Of a stretch of DNA of 59,658 nt, positions 37,100-50,120 are shown in pieces. The stretch comes from Folioceros fuciformis (taxonomy: Eukaryota): NCBI GenBank assembly GCA_049999805.1, contig JBNGIO010006314.1, forward strand, positions 657,261 through 716,918. Direction: 5' to 3'. The translations under genes were made by a program, and so were the position numbers. Under the pieces are notes generated by a model. That model was not told where the DNA came from, searched no databases, and worked only from the letters and a program-made list of their open reading frames with translations. The first letter of the stretch is position 1; each line of letters starts with the position of its first letter.

Positions 37100-39240
37100 A
37101 CGCAACCAAGATGTCTGTAGGTAAATCATCACTCTTGTTGGGTAAGATATGTGGAGTCGCTACTTATTCATTGCTTTTCTCCCTTATAGCACCGCCTGAG
37201 TGCACTCCAAGTGTTGTGTCACAAAACTTTTCAACAATTGCAATGCACTCAAGTGTTGTGTCACAAAACTTTTCAACAAGAGGAATTGCAATCTCTCTTA
37301 TTTGCGGATTGAAGGAGATAACAACATAGGATGATTAAACGAACACTTGATGGTCTTGCTTCTTAGCCAAATAGTGGATACATTTGAACTCCTTCTCTCA
37401 CAAATCTTTGCTAACCTAATGCTAGTCAAAGTTGAAATGCACTTTCAGTTGACAAACTACCTTGAGGCGAAGATTTGCAAACAATTGGGAGTATACACCC
37501 CACTGAAGTATTCCACATCCTTGTCATCTACTCCCATCGGTACCCTAGTAGCTGCTAGGGTACTGAAAATTTCCTTTATTAGCACATGAGGATTCTTCCC
37601 TAACACAACGACTAGCAAGACCTTCGGGTCTGATGCAGCCAAAGCTAGAAATTGCTAAGAGTCCTTTCATCTCCTAGCCACCGAAATGGATACAAAGACT
37701 TGTTTCTCACAAACCTCCAACCTCCCACTCCATTCATCCAAGGTTGGGGGCGGTTGTGCCACAAGTTCGGAGAGTGCATACAAGACCTTGGGTTCAATTT
37801 CCATAGCTAACATGCCAACTTCCTCTTGAAGTGAAAATTTCCCTCTTCTTTGTAAGGAAGATCCATGAGAACTTCATGCCAGTTTGGATAGCTGCCATCA
37901 TCAATACAGGGTGTTGAGAACCTCTCCTCATCAAGCACAAACAGAGCAATGATTCTTGTAGCTAGACTAAGGCCTATATTGAGAACCTCTCCTCGTCGAG
38001 CACAAACAGAGCAATGATTCTTGGGCTCCTTGTTCTAACTAGTTTGTGAAGGTTGAACTCAGCCCTAATCTTACAATTGCCCTAACCTTACAATTGCTAG
38101 TAGAAACTTCTTGCTAGTAGAAACTTTACTGTGGTATATCTCCGGGCAAGTAGGAATCTTTTTGAAAACCAATTGTTTCAAGGCACCCTTGTAGACGTTA
38201 ATTATACTGGACGCATGATTATTTCACACATTGTTTATCCCCTTACCTTATTTGGCACATAAATTAGGGGTTGGCCTCTTGTCTTCCTATTAGGCAAGAT
38301 GGAAAGGGTTCAGGCCTCCATCCTTTGCTCCCACATTGCTTGTTAGCATTCCACATCCTTACTCATCCTTCATTCAATCCTTCGAAATTTACCACATTCT
38401 CTTGATGGTCTTTTCTCTTCTCTATCACATCCACCACCTTGTTCATCTGGAGGACCCCAATCTTGCTCTTATCATCTTTTTGCTCACATGTTTTCTCATT
38501 CCATATGGCTCAATAAGGATTGTCAAGCTTCTTTTTCCTAGCTTTCCCAACTTGTTGCTTGGAGCCTCAAATTCAAGTTTAGCTCTTGTAAGCTTCTTGC
38601 TTGGCTTACTCCTTTTTCCCCTACTCCATCTTCTTTTCATCCACCTTATTCACCTTATTCATCGGGTCATTTAGCTATCTTTACTTTTGTGTTACTTGGA
38701 ACCCCCTCTCATTTACCTTTGCCCTTTCACCCAATCTATATTTCTATAAAGAAGAGTTTTATATCATTTCTCTCTTTGGTTTACCTATCCTTCCTTGGTA
38801 CCTTAATTCTCTTTTCTTTTACAACCTTTGTAATCTTCTTGGTCAATTTCGTGTTACCTTGCATCATCTTTGCATTGAGACTACAAGATGGCTTCTCTTG
38901 TTGACTTCGTACTTCATCCAAAACCTCACTTTTTTTCTCACATGGGCCATATGTTATGTGCATACCTTTTCTTTTGCCATGTTTACGAGCACATCCATAC
39001 CCGTTACACTCTTCTTCTTGATTGTGTATGTTTTCTTTTGTACCGTTTTTTCTTCTTCCATATCTCTCAACTTATTGGCCTATGCTTCTATGAACACATT
39101 AATTATCGACACTGTCGGAAGTCTTTATAAGCCCTTTTGCTTTCTTCCTCCTTTTGGCTTTGTCCTTCCCATTACATAAATCATAGTTCAACTAGAGTCT
39201 TTATAAGTCTTTTTGCTTTCTTCCTCCTTTTGGCCTTAGC
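37100..39240 (-). pseudogene. Decayed K/E-rich coding region, probably transposon-associated
   Basis: Minus frame MGRTKPKGGRKQKGL*RLPTVSIINVFIEA*ANKLRDMEEEK... and LQEEVGMLAMEIEPKVLYAL...; many stops, strong purine/pyrimidine strand skew and internal duplications. Family not recognised. Confidence 0.3.
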
Positions 39241-39620
39241 CTTGCCCTTTAATTGATTAAGTCAATGTTGAAAATCTGGTTGACAAGGAAAGATGCAAGG
39301 AACCAGTCAATCAATTTTATTATCAATTGGTACAATTTGCATTCGATATTGATTTTTTAAAATTGATGATTGATTAATAACAAGTGTGAGTAAGGCATTG
39401 ATTGCCTGGTTAGTTATAGGATTGATTAAGGCTGAGAGGGTGGCGAGTTCATTCTTTGCCAAACAGTTCTTCTGAAGTAGAATTCTTCTTCTATACCTTT
39501 GTGGAACTAATTTCAACCGTGGCTTCATCAATTTTGGTGTCGAGGTAACTCTCGTGGTTTGATTCTTGCTTAGGGTAAAAGAGTTAGCGAGCTGGATTAT
39601 CGCTATGCCCCCTAAACCTT

Positions 39621-42603
39621 TCACTCAGAGCCACCACGGTCCTGGGCTTGTGAACTTAAAGTGGATACGGAACTTGGTAAGGGAGGGGTAATGCTGCGGA
39701 CCCTTGGGGTTGCTATTGTTATTTGTAACTCCAAGTCGTTCGTCCTCCCAGATTGGGATTCAGCGCTGCCACCATCTTCACGGCTGCTGCCTCGGTCGGT
39801 TTCGTCTCGCATCCCAAGCCGGTGCTGAGCTCGGTTTTTCCATCTGTTGAGAGCTCCCTTCACGTTTCCCCCTAGTTTGTAAGAGGAGCCCATCTGCAGC
39901 AGTGCGGCGGTGCTCCTAGGTCAAGTGCCGTGCCAGGATCATAGACAGTTTCCCATGCAGAGGGAAGAAGCATTCCCACGGCCAGGTCTGAGGTTGTACC
40001 TGGCTCACGAGGGCGTAGAGCGGCAGGGTGGTGTAGCTACAGACGACTTCAACCAAGAGCCTGTGCGAGAAAAGATCAGCTATTTTAAGGAGCGGAGAGG
40101 GACATACTTGCAACCTTTTGAGGGACGTTGTGAAATACCCGAGCACGAGGCGGATGATGGCATACGCCTTTCTTTCCAGAAAACATGTTTGAAAAGAGAA
40201 TTGCCACTGCCGAAGAGCCCACAACCAGCCAGAATTCGGATGAAAGCTCACTATATGCACGTAAGATAGCAGGCAAAGGGATCCGGACTGCTTCCTTACC
40301 GAGAACCAGATCAAGGTTGCCAACCCAAAGGCGTTCTGGCACACAACGACGGACGAGGGGTCAATTTCTGGCGATGCTATACCCAGAAACCACCACAACG
40401 ACGTGGACTTGAGGAGGTGGTAAATGGCCCGTGCATGAGAGTAGTACCTGGAACAGGATGAAGTGCATTAACCGCAGCACGAACCGAGGATTGTCAAGCC
40501 AGAAAAGCTCATCACGGGGCTGCACTGTATGCGGGGCATATCCATCTGACGAGCCTACACCTTCTATTGCAAGAGTGGCGATCACATGTTGCAGCTTTGT
40601 TCCGACTATGAGCAACATCTGCAGTGGAGAAGGAGTTAGCCTTGTGTGTATTTCAGGTCTCATGGATAACGCTGCAATTTCACACAGTGTAGGAGCTCTA
40701 CCAAGGGTGGGACGAGGAATATCCAGAAGTAGAACTCCGTGCCTGCAGACAGGAATTTTCAGTGGATCGGTTATTCCGCTATCCTATTGAGGATGCTCTT
40801 CGCACAAGCCAAGCCACGGGCTCACCATGAACATTTAAGAGCATGAAAATGACGGCGTATCCCCACATGAATGCACTGCCAGGGCCATAGGACAACTCGT
40901 TGACAGGATTTAGGACTTTCTGCTACGGTCTCTGTCTGACATACAACAAGCTACACATTAGCTGAAGAGCGAACACAACCTACCTGATTCCAACGATCTC
41001 TTTGTATTCGTCCTCCAGTGCCCACAGCATGTAGTCGTAAAAATCAAACTTTTTGTCCAGGTCGTGCTTCTGAACAATAGGATGGAGAAACGTCAGACAG
41101 GGGTTTATTGCCAAGCCCACTTTCACAATCGGGCAACAGGCGAAATCGAGATTGGTCAGCTGAGTTCACCGAATGAGACATACGCTGATAAAACCCAGTC
41201 GCAACGCCAGGTAGTCTGCCTGGGCCACGGATCGATAAAATTGCCTGAAGAAGCAAACCTGGCGGTAGGGTCGAACAGGTAAGCGGCACGCAACAAATGC
41301 AATGAGAAAGCAAACTTTCGGTAGACTGTGCACTCGTATGTGATGACCTATCTCCTGAAATATGGTATTATGCCTTACAATCCACAGCAATAAGCGATTC
41401 TTGCTCCAAGGAGTCGAGGTATGCAAGCGAAGGAACGTGGACTGACGGTTCAAGGTCAATGCGCTTGTGTGCTCTGCATGGTTTCCAAGGCAATCAGCAC
41501 AAAGGGATCGGCAATTCCAGGCATTCACAGGATTTGAAAGCCAAATTTGTGTCGGGCTCGTCCAATTACCTCTCAGATTATCGTAATTGTCCGCATGACA
41601 ATCCATCTCCCACTTTTTCCAGCTCCGTAGCTGCAGAATGATTCAACTGCATGAGCCAAGCATATGAATAAACCACATACCTTGAGAGAGCCTGCCGTTG
41701 ACATATTCATCAGATGGAGGAAGAGAGGCGTAGAGAAGTACTCTGAGCCTTGACAGAGCCATAGTCAGAGCTGAAAACACGACATGCACAACTGCTAGGA
41801 CGAAGATGAAGATATGCAGTTGGTGAATGCCTTCCATGGAGATGAGCGGTTGACGCTGCCCAGACGCAACACGGTTCCAGTAAGCTTGCCTGGGACCAAA
41901 AACGGAAAGGAGACAAATATGCTCCTGCACCTGACGGGAGTGAAGAACGCACCCCGGCGGAACAACTACCCTGGCATGCATCCGTGGCTTCCCCTTCACC
42001 TGCGAGAAATCTTCTCTGCACAAATTCTGCGGGGCCAGTCTCTAACCAACTTCGGTCACTTTGATCGAGTTCAGAGACCGACCTGGTCTTTACAAGGGCA
42101 CCACAAGCAAGGCCGTTGTGTTTATCATTCGGTGAGCAAGGCGTCCCTCTTCGCAGCACGCTGGCTGGAAGGCATATCTGGACGACGTAGGACTGCATGA
42201 CACTGACCAAGAGGGACATGAGCCCCAACAGCATCAACTCTGCAGATTGAACACCACGGCACACTGTAAGCGTGAGGCTCCAGCCAATAGTACCTTTCGG
42301 AATCAAAAAATGGCAGCAACACCAAATTCACCCACCGTCTTTTATTTTCTCCATAGCCAGGAACAGAGGCTTCTGCTTGGTTTCCTTAAGCCACTGCCGG
42401 GGATACCATGACGTCAGAGCAGACGCAGAGCAAAACTCGTAATGCAGCAACTCGTGGGCAAGAGAGGAGCAGGTCCCCACATGGGTGAGCCGATGAATGG
42501 CCCTCTCCACCATGAATGAAATGATTACGAACACCGCGGAGACCGTGGCGATGACCCATGACGGAGTGACGGCAAGCGACCTTCCCTCAGACCCGCCTGC
42601 CAT
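39621..42603 (-). CDS. MLO: MLO family seven-transmembrane protein, multi-exon
   Basis: RSLAVTPSW, EKIKD|ELMLLG, GIHQLHIFIFVLAVVHV, CFFRQFYRSVAQADYLALRLGF, VGTKLQHVI, PRDELFW, FQNAF, CSYTTLPLYALVSQ|MGSSYK and a CaM-binding ALNRWK segment. Confidence 0.95.
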
Positions 42604-43175
42604 TCTGAAGCCTGTCCTCCTCTTCCCGAGCTCGGTCAGGATCCAGACCCGGACTGTGCTCCCTCCTCCACGGCGTTGTGGGAAGCACTAATACTGCCCT
42701 TGCAGTCTTCCACGTCGACCCCCACGCTGAGGGCGTGTGCTTCGCAATCAGGCTCAGGTGAACGTCCCCGTCAGAGATGCCAGAAAGCACGTGACAGAGA
42801 CCGTATCCTTGTGCAGGCCTGGGGTGCTGCGTTATAGTTGGAAACGATAGAGGTTCCAGACCACTCAGGGGTAATGTGGCCACTGCTCCAGCCTCTCAGG
42901 ATAGCCGTCAGAATTTGATCATGCTGCTCCCGCAACCAATATTAGTTCATCAGTAACGTTCAATTGCGCATCCATCTGCGCGTCTCTGTCGATTGCTTGC
43001 TGACTTCCGTTCCATTTGACAGACATTGATGACGCCACTTCGGAGAATTGGGAGCTGGGATTATCCTCGGAACTGAATTTTTCTACACCCTGCCCTGGAC
43101 ACGTTCGTACCCGACGCCCTACTTAGAGCTCTTTGTTCTGCACAGACGAGAGGGAGCTGTTTCAGGGAGGGTCAG

Positions 43176-43297
43176 AACTGGCTCTAGCGTCAAATCACGG
43201 GCAGATGGTTTGTTCCAACGAGTACTATTTCAGTGCAACTGGCTCTAGCGTCAAATCACGGGCAGATGGTTTGTTCCAACGAGTACTATTTCAGTGC
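43176..43297. repeat. 61-bp perfect tandem duplication
   Basis: aactggctctagcgtcaaatcacgg...tcagtgc occurs at 43176 and 43237. Confidence 0.9.
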
Positions 43298-43992
43298 GCC
43301 TGTTTTGACTGCCAAGCAAGTAAGCTCCATGCAGAGGCATGTTTGGTTTGNNNNNNNNNNTTTGACTGCCAAGCAAGTAAGCTCCATGCAGAGGCATGTT
43401 TGGTTTGACTGCCAAGCAAGTAAGCTCCATGTAGAGGCATGTTTAGCAGAGCAGGTTACTAAGAGCACGAGAAGCCCTAGGAAAATGTGTGTGATAGTGA
43501 ATAATAGCTTAAGGTTTAAATAAATGCTTAAGTAAGTAGTTACTAAGTTAGTAATTTAAATTTGTGTATAAAAGGGGACCTAGCCAAGGGTTAAGGCAAG
43601 TTTAGTACAGTTGAGTTGAGATGGGTATCTCCTCAAAGCCTTGAGAGCACTGGATGCTTGGGCTATGCCTTGAGAGCTTGTGTTGCTTGGGCTGTGAAAG
43701 CACATAAAAGGTGTTATGAAGGAGCTGTGGGAGGAGGTCAAAAGAAGGGAGAGCTAAACTCCTAGCTTAGGCAAAGATGGGGAGTTCTCTCTAGCCCTCC
43801 AGCTCTGTATGTTCTTGTTGACTCGTGATTTGAATAAAGAGCAGCAGTAAGGGTGCTGGCTGCGAGTCCTCCTAGAAGAGGAGGGCGGGCTACTTGGAGG
43901 CCTAGTGCTGTGTTCGGTGTTTAAAAGTGACCCTTGCTTTGACTTCTAACTGTGTGGTTTTGCCCCACCCCATTGAAGGGGGTGTTACTTGT

Positions 43993-44004
43993 TGGTATCA
44001 GAGC
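43993..44004 (+). promoter_or_regulatory. Primer binding site complementary to initiator tRNA-Met 3' end
   Basis: TGGTATCAGAGC, 3 nt after the LTR end. Confidence 0.92.
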
Positions 44005-44042
44005 ATAGGTTGAAGCATCCTTGACTAGTACGCTAGTTGACG

Positions 44043-45158
44043 ATGACAGATCCTACTGAGCCAGGCAGAGTAGAGAGGGTGCGCCGCAGGAAGGATAAGG
44101 CCCCGCTTATCGAAGCCGCTGTGGAAGAGCCACAGGCGGATCCTCAAGTCGTGAGAATGACGGAGGAAGGAACTTCAAAGCAAAGGACCGGTACCACCAT
44201 AGAGGACCAGCTCCAAAAACTCATGAGGAGACTTGATGCCCTTGATCAAGAGATCAAAGGCAAACGTAGGCTTGTTGATGAAGAGCCAGAAAAAGTGGAG
44301 CCCGAGCCTAAGATTAGTGCTCCTAAGAAGGCCAAGAAGTTGAGATTGAGTGTTCCTGCGTCTAAGAGTTATAAGGGCGAGCGTGACGTAGAGAAAATCA
44401 GTTCTTGGTTTTTCTCTTTGGAAGCGTACTTGGAATCATGCGGAGTGCCGCAAGACGAGTACTTGAAGCACGTCACGAACTTCTTGGACGAGAATGCTCT
44501 TACTTGGTGGAGGACTTACGTAGAAAACGTAAGGCAAGGCAATCGCAGAGCAACAATCTTCACATGGGCAGACTTCAAGGAAGCGCTGCAACTTCGTTTC
44601 CAACCCACTAATGCCGCGAGTTTGGCGCGAAGGATGCTTGACAATGTCAAGCATACTGGATCTTTGCGGGAGTATGTGAGTGAATTTAGCTCTATTGTCT
44701 TGCAATGTCCTGATATGCATGAGCAAGACAAACTCCACAAGTTTACTACTGGCCTTAAGAGATGGGCTCAAAACAGGATTGCATTGACTAATCCTCAGAC
44801 GTTGCAAGAGGCTATGGCAGCAGCAGATGCCATACTGGACATGTTTGTCCAGGAGGCTCCAATCTCCAGGGGGAGATATCCTAGATCTCAGGGTAGATCT
44901 AGAGGTAGAGGACGAGCCACCACCACTGGGAACAGTGCAACTGCTGAGACTACTGCCAAAAGCCGGGGTAGAGGTGATAACAAGAGTCGTGGAAGACGAC
45001 GTGTAGCACCTACCTCTGGTGTATGTTATAGTTGTGGAGAGCAGGGACATTTTGCTAGAAATTGTCCACATGCAGGAGCTCCCAACTTGAATCTAGTTGC
45101 CGCAAATCCACCTGTTCCTAGAGCCAAGATCCAAGAGCTCCCTGAAGAGTCTAGGTGA
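44043..45158 (+). CDS. gag: Retrotransposon Gag with CCHC zinc knuckle
   Basis: TWADFKEALQLRF, KHTGSLREYVSEF, DKLHKFTTGLK, CYSCGEQGHFARNC. Confidence 0.9.
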   Translation: MTDPTEPGRVERVRRRKDKAPLIEAAVEEPQADPQVVRMTEEGTSKQRTGTTIEDQLQKLMRRLDALDQEIKGKRRLVDEEPEKVEPEPKISAPKKAKKLRLSVPASKSYKGERDVEKISSWFFSLEAYLESCGVPQDEYLKHVTNFLDENALTWWRTYVENVRQGNRRATIFTWADFKEALQLRFQPTNAASLARRMLDNVKHTGSLREYVSEFSSIVLQCPDMHEQDKLHKFTTGLKRWAQNRIALTNPQTLQEAMAAADAILDMFVQEAPISRGRYPRSQGRSRGRGRATTTGNSATAETTAKSRGRGDNKSRGRRRVAPTSGVCYSCGEQGHFARNCPHAGAPNLNLVAANPPVPRAKIQELPEESR

Positions 45159-45164
45159 CGCTAG

Positions 45165-48100
45165 GGGCCACATGTTGTGAGGACATGTGGTGAGTCATCG
45201 AGTGTCAAGGATGACACTATTTCCAGGGAGGGTGGAGACTTGATGTATATATGTGGCAAGATCAATGGCTTGGATGTTGAGCTATTGTTAGATTCTGCAG
45301 CCACCCATAATTTTGTGACTCCACATAAGGCAAGAGAGCTTGGCCTTGATTGGACTGAAACTTCCACGCCATATAGAATCAAGCAAGCTAAAGGAACTCT
45401 GCAATTTCTGGGTGAATTGCATGGAGTAAAGCTGCAAGTTGATGCGTGGCAAGGAAATGTGAGTTTTACAATCGTGGAGATGGATGACCATGATATCATC
45501 CTAGGTCTGGAGTGGTTGAGATCTAATGAAGTGCAAATGGATGTTAAGTTACGCACTAATGAGATATCCAGAAAGCACAAAGTGAGTTGTGCTAGTAGTA
45601 GCCAGAGGCTTGAGAATGTATCAGTACAGCTGATTACAAAAAGAGAGCTCAAGAAAGACCTTAGGAAAAAGAAGGAGTTCTACTTGCTTGTACTCCAAGG
45701 ACTAGAGGATGGTCTAAAAGAAGATTCCATAGAGGAGAAGGACATCCCAAAAGAAGTACAAGCTGTACTAGATGAGTTTAAGGACTTGATGCCAGATGAG
45801 TTGCCACCATTGCCGTCTCGCAGAATTGTGGATCATGAAATTGAGTTGAGGCCAGGGAGTACACCTCCTTCGAGAGCACCATATAGATTGTCACAAGACG
45901 AGTTGCAAGAACTCAAGCAACAACTATCCAACCTGTTGGCAAAGGGATAGGTTAGAGTTTCTAAGTCTCCCTTTGGTGCGCCTATGTTATTCACACGCAA
46001 AAAGAATGGAGGACTTAGATTGTGTCCGGATTACAGAGCTTTGAACCAGATCACAATCAAGAATGCATATCCTTTACCAAGAATGGATAACATGTTTGAT
46101 AGGTTGAAGGGTGCCAAGTATTTCACCAAGCTAGACCTGATGGCAGGGTACTATCAGATCAGGATTGCTGAGGGGCATGAGTATAAAACAGCATGTAGAA
46201 CAAGGTATGGATCTTTTGAGTTCCTTGTCATGCCATTTGGACTTACTAACGCACCTGCTACATTTCAGACTCTTATGAATACTATATTCATAGATCTGGT
46301 GGACAAGTGTGTTGTAATCTATTTGGATGACATTTTGATCTATAGTCATACCTTGGAGGAACATGTTGAACACTTGAGGAAAGTGTTATAGAGACTAAGA
46401 GAGAATTTTTTCTTCTTGGCAATCAAGAAGTGTGACTTTGTCAAGACAGAAATTCCATTCTTAGGTTTCATTGTCTTTGCCAAGGGCATTAGGATGGATC
46501 CTGATAAAGTTAAGGCCATTCAAGATTGGCAGCCTCCTCGAAATATTCATAAGGTGTGAAGTTTTATGGGTTTGGCTTCTGTGTATAGGAAGTTTGTACA
46601 TATGTTTGATAAGATAGCAGCTCCCATAACTGACCTCTTGAAGACAGCAAAAGCTTGGAAATGGGATGCTGAGTGTCAAGCAGCCTTTGAATGGTTGAAG
46701 AAGAAGTTGAGCACGACTCTGGTGTTGGGAATGTATGACCCCCAGAGAGATGTGGAAGTGTATTGTGATGCCTCAGATATAGCTATAGGTGGAGTTTTGA
46801 TGCACGACCAAAAGTCGTTAGCTTTTGAGTCAAGGAAGTTGCATCCTTATGAGAGGAAGTATCCCACCTATGAGAAGGAAATGACTACTGTCATCCATTG
46901 TTTGAAGGCTTGGAGACACTATCTCTTGGGTAGGTCTTTTGTGCTGTATAATGATAATATCAGCACGACGTACTTCTCAAACTAGTTGAAGTTGAATGTG
47001 AGGCAAGCTAGATGGCAAGATTTCCTAGCTATGTATGACGTGACTCTAAGATATAAACCTGGAAAAGAGAATAAGGTCGCAGATGCACTGAGTCGCAAGC
47101 AGAGTCAAGACATGAAAGCAATGACAACTGTGATTGAACCTTTGGATGCTCACAAAGAGATAAAAGACCCTTATCTGCAAGATCCTGAAGTGCAGGACTG
47201 GATGAATGGGGTGGCAGAGAAAGGAAGCAAGTTCAAACTCAGAGATGGTTTGTTGATATACAAACAGAAGAGAGTTGTGATCCCTAACTCTGTAGGCTTG
47301 AAGAAGAAATTGCTTGCTGAGTGTCATGATGTGCCAAGTGCTGGTCTCCGTGGAGGTGATTCAACTTAGGAGAAGTTGAGGAAATTGTTCTACTGGCAAG
47401 GAATGTATCAAGATACATTGGACTATGTCAAAGCATGTGCTGTTTATCAATAGGATAAGGTTGAGCAGGCTAAGCCGAGAGGTTTATTACAACCCCTACC
47501 TATCCCAAGAGGCCTATGGAAAAGTATTTCTATGGACTTCATCATGCCCTTGCCTCCCAGTAATGGATTTACAGCTATCATGACAGTGGTGGATAGATTC
47601 ACCGGACAAGCACACTTCATCCCCACCAAGAAGCGAGTGACCGCTTCTGAGGCAGCAAACTTGTTCAAAAAGTATGTGTACAAGTATCATGGCTTGCCCG
47701 TGCAGATTGTGAGCGATAGAGATCCAAGATTCACAGGAGAGTTATGGCAGCACTTGATGAGGAGTTTGAATGTGCAGCTATGCATGAGTACTGCATACCA
47801 TCCAGATACTGATGGATTAACTGAGCGAGTCAACCGAATCCAAGAAGAATATTTGAGGCACTATGTGTAGATTGATCAGAGAGATTGGGCTGATCACCTT
47901 GATGATGCGGGGTTTTGTTATAATAACACAGTACATAGCTCCCTGGGATGTAGTCCCTTTGAGATGAGTGGAAATTGAGCTTTGGATGTGGTATCCATGC
48001 TAAATGCTGAAGTTTTTGACACTACCACTGGAATCCACGCCAATTTGTTGAGCAGTTGAAGGCTAGACATGAGGTTGCCCAAAAAATATTAGCCAAGGCT

Positions 48101-48580
48101 CAAGCACGTCAAAAGAGATATGCTGATAAGCACAGGAGAGAAACTGTCTTCAATGTTGGAGATAAGGTTTGGGTGAAACTGAAGCATTTCACACTACCCC
48201 AAGGTTTGTCTTTAAAGTTGAGACCAAAGTTTGGAGGTCCATATGTTGTCTTGAAGCGCATTGGAGAAGTGGCTTACAAGTTAGACTTGCCTGATTGGAT
48301 TTTTACACACAATGTGTTTCATGTATCTATGTTGAAACCATTTGTGCTAGGCAAAGAGAAAGAAGACATAGACAGGAAGAAGTACAGTATCCTGGTGCAG
48401 CATGATCAAGGACTGTAGGAGATTGAGGAATTCCTTGTAGAAGGTAGCGTGGCTACGAGATGTGGAACTCTACCGCAGTATATGGTAAAGTTGCGTGGGA
48501 TCTCAACACCAGTTTGGGTAACATTAGAGGATATTCAGAGAGGCTCCTGGATGATTGCTCGTTACACTGGTTATCACTGA
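45165..48580 (+). pseudogene. pol: Pol polyprotein (protease, RT, RNase H, integrase, degenerate chromodomain) with multiple stops and a frameshift near 47970-48040
   Basis: [70 protein letters not shown]...QYMVKLRG. Confidence 0.93.
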
Positions 48581-49078
48581 GGACAATGATTCTTTCCTAG
48601 TGGGGGAGGAAGTAACAACACTGGTTTGAGTGCCAAGCAAGTAAGCTCCATGAAGAGGCATGTTTAGCAGAGCAGGTTACTAAGAGCATGAGAAGCATGC
48701 AGCCCTAGGAAAATGTGTGTGGTAGTGAATAATAGCTTAAGGCTTAAATAAATGCTTAAGTAAGTAGTTGCTAAGTTAGTAACTTGAGCTTGTGTATAAA
48801 TGGGGACCTAGCCAAGGGCTAAGGCAAGTTCAGTACAGTTGAGTTGAGATGTGTATCTGCTCAAAGCCTTGAGAGCACTGGGTGCTTGGGCTATGCCTTG
48901 AGAGCATGTGTTGCTTGGGCTATGAGAGCACATAAAGGGTGTTGTGAAGGAGCTATGGGAGGAGGTCAAGAGAAGGGAGAGCTAAACTCCCATCTTAGGC
49001 AAAGATGGAGAGTTCTCTCTAGCCCTCCAGCTCCGTATGTTCTTGTTGACTCGTGATTTGAATAAAGAGCAGCAGCAA

Positions 49079-49222
49079 GGGTGCTGACTGCGAATCCTCC
49101 TAGAAGAGGAGGGTGGGTGCTAGCTGCGAATCCTCCTACAAGAGGAGGGCGGGTGCTGGCTGCAAATCCTCCTAGAAGAGGAGGGCGGGTGCTGGCTGCG
49201 AATCCTCCTAGAAGAGGAGGGC
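49079..49222 (+). repeat. 36-bp tandem repeat x4 in the 3' LTR (single copy in the 5' LTR)
   Basis: gggtgctggctgcgaatcctcctagaagaggagggc units. Confidence 0.9.
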
Positions 49223-50120
49223 GGGCTACTTGGAGGCCTAGTCCGATGTTTGAAACTGACCCTGGCTTCTAATTGTGTGGTTTTGCCCCACCCTGTTGAA
49301 GGGGGTGTTACTCTCTCGGTCCTTATACACAATAAATATTAAATACATTATTTAAGAATCTAAATATAAATGTCTGGTATATTCTGCTGTATAGGCTGGT
49401 CCTCCCCGGCTTTCACAATACCATTCCATTTAACAGGAGCTTGGGACCGAGCTCGGGACTTGGTTATGGTAAGGGCCAGACCGTTCTAAGTGCTCCTTGA
49501 TAATGGTAGGGGCCACGAAGTGCAGGTTTAGGGTATGCACCCGACTTGTCGGCCTGATGGAAACACCAGCCTGCTAAAAACCTACAGTCATGGCCTGTCC
49601 TACAGCAACAGTGGGCTTTCGGTATTCAGAGCTTGCTTTTAGAAACCTATCCCAACCTGACAATTACCGCAAACCTGGAGGACCTGTTCATTGGACAATT
49701 ACAAGCAACGCATGTAGCTTGTTCCACAACCCAAATTAGTATACCGCATCATGGAATGCTTCACTGCTCTACTGGAGAAGACCTGTGACGCCAGTACATA
49801 CAGCTGTCCTGCTACGCAGATCTTCTCCGAGATCTTATCTGGGCATGAGACCTGCAGCATCTGCAAGTTCAGTCATCGAATCTCACGGCAGCCTGTCCAG
49901 CCTCGTTGATTGGCACTTCCTGGTGAAGTTCAAGTCCCTTAGCCTCCACTGAATACCGTCGCGTTGATCAACAAAACTGAAACCGCGACCTTCAGCCATG
50001 GCTGGCGCTGGTTGTGCAAATGCACCAGGTGGACACCTTGGAGTGGCCTAAGTCTCGCGCGTTCCTTTGCATCCTCCCCTGCTTCCTCATTTGAAGACGC
50101 TCACCAACGTCCTTAGGATA

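Larger units (their letters stand above)
43303..49312 (+). mobile_element. Ty3/gypsy LTR retrotransposon, chromovirus (Galadriel-like), decayed; 5' LTR about 43303-43989, 3' LTR 48611-49312
   Basis: Two similar LTRs; PBS TGGTATCAGAGC (43993-44004); PPT AGTGGGGGAGGA (48599-48610); gag-PR-RT-RH-INT-chromo order. Confidence 0.95.

Noticed and set aside
38336-39179. Hydrophobic plus-strand ORFs (38336-38674, 38601-39179)
   Set aside because: Antisense shadows of the A-rich decayed minus-strand frame.
49079-49222. 36-bp repeats as a CRISPR array
   Set aside because: Units are contiguous with no spacers, lie inside an LTR, and no cas genes are present.
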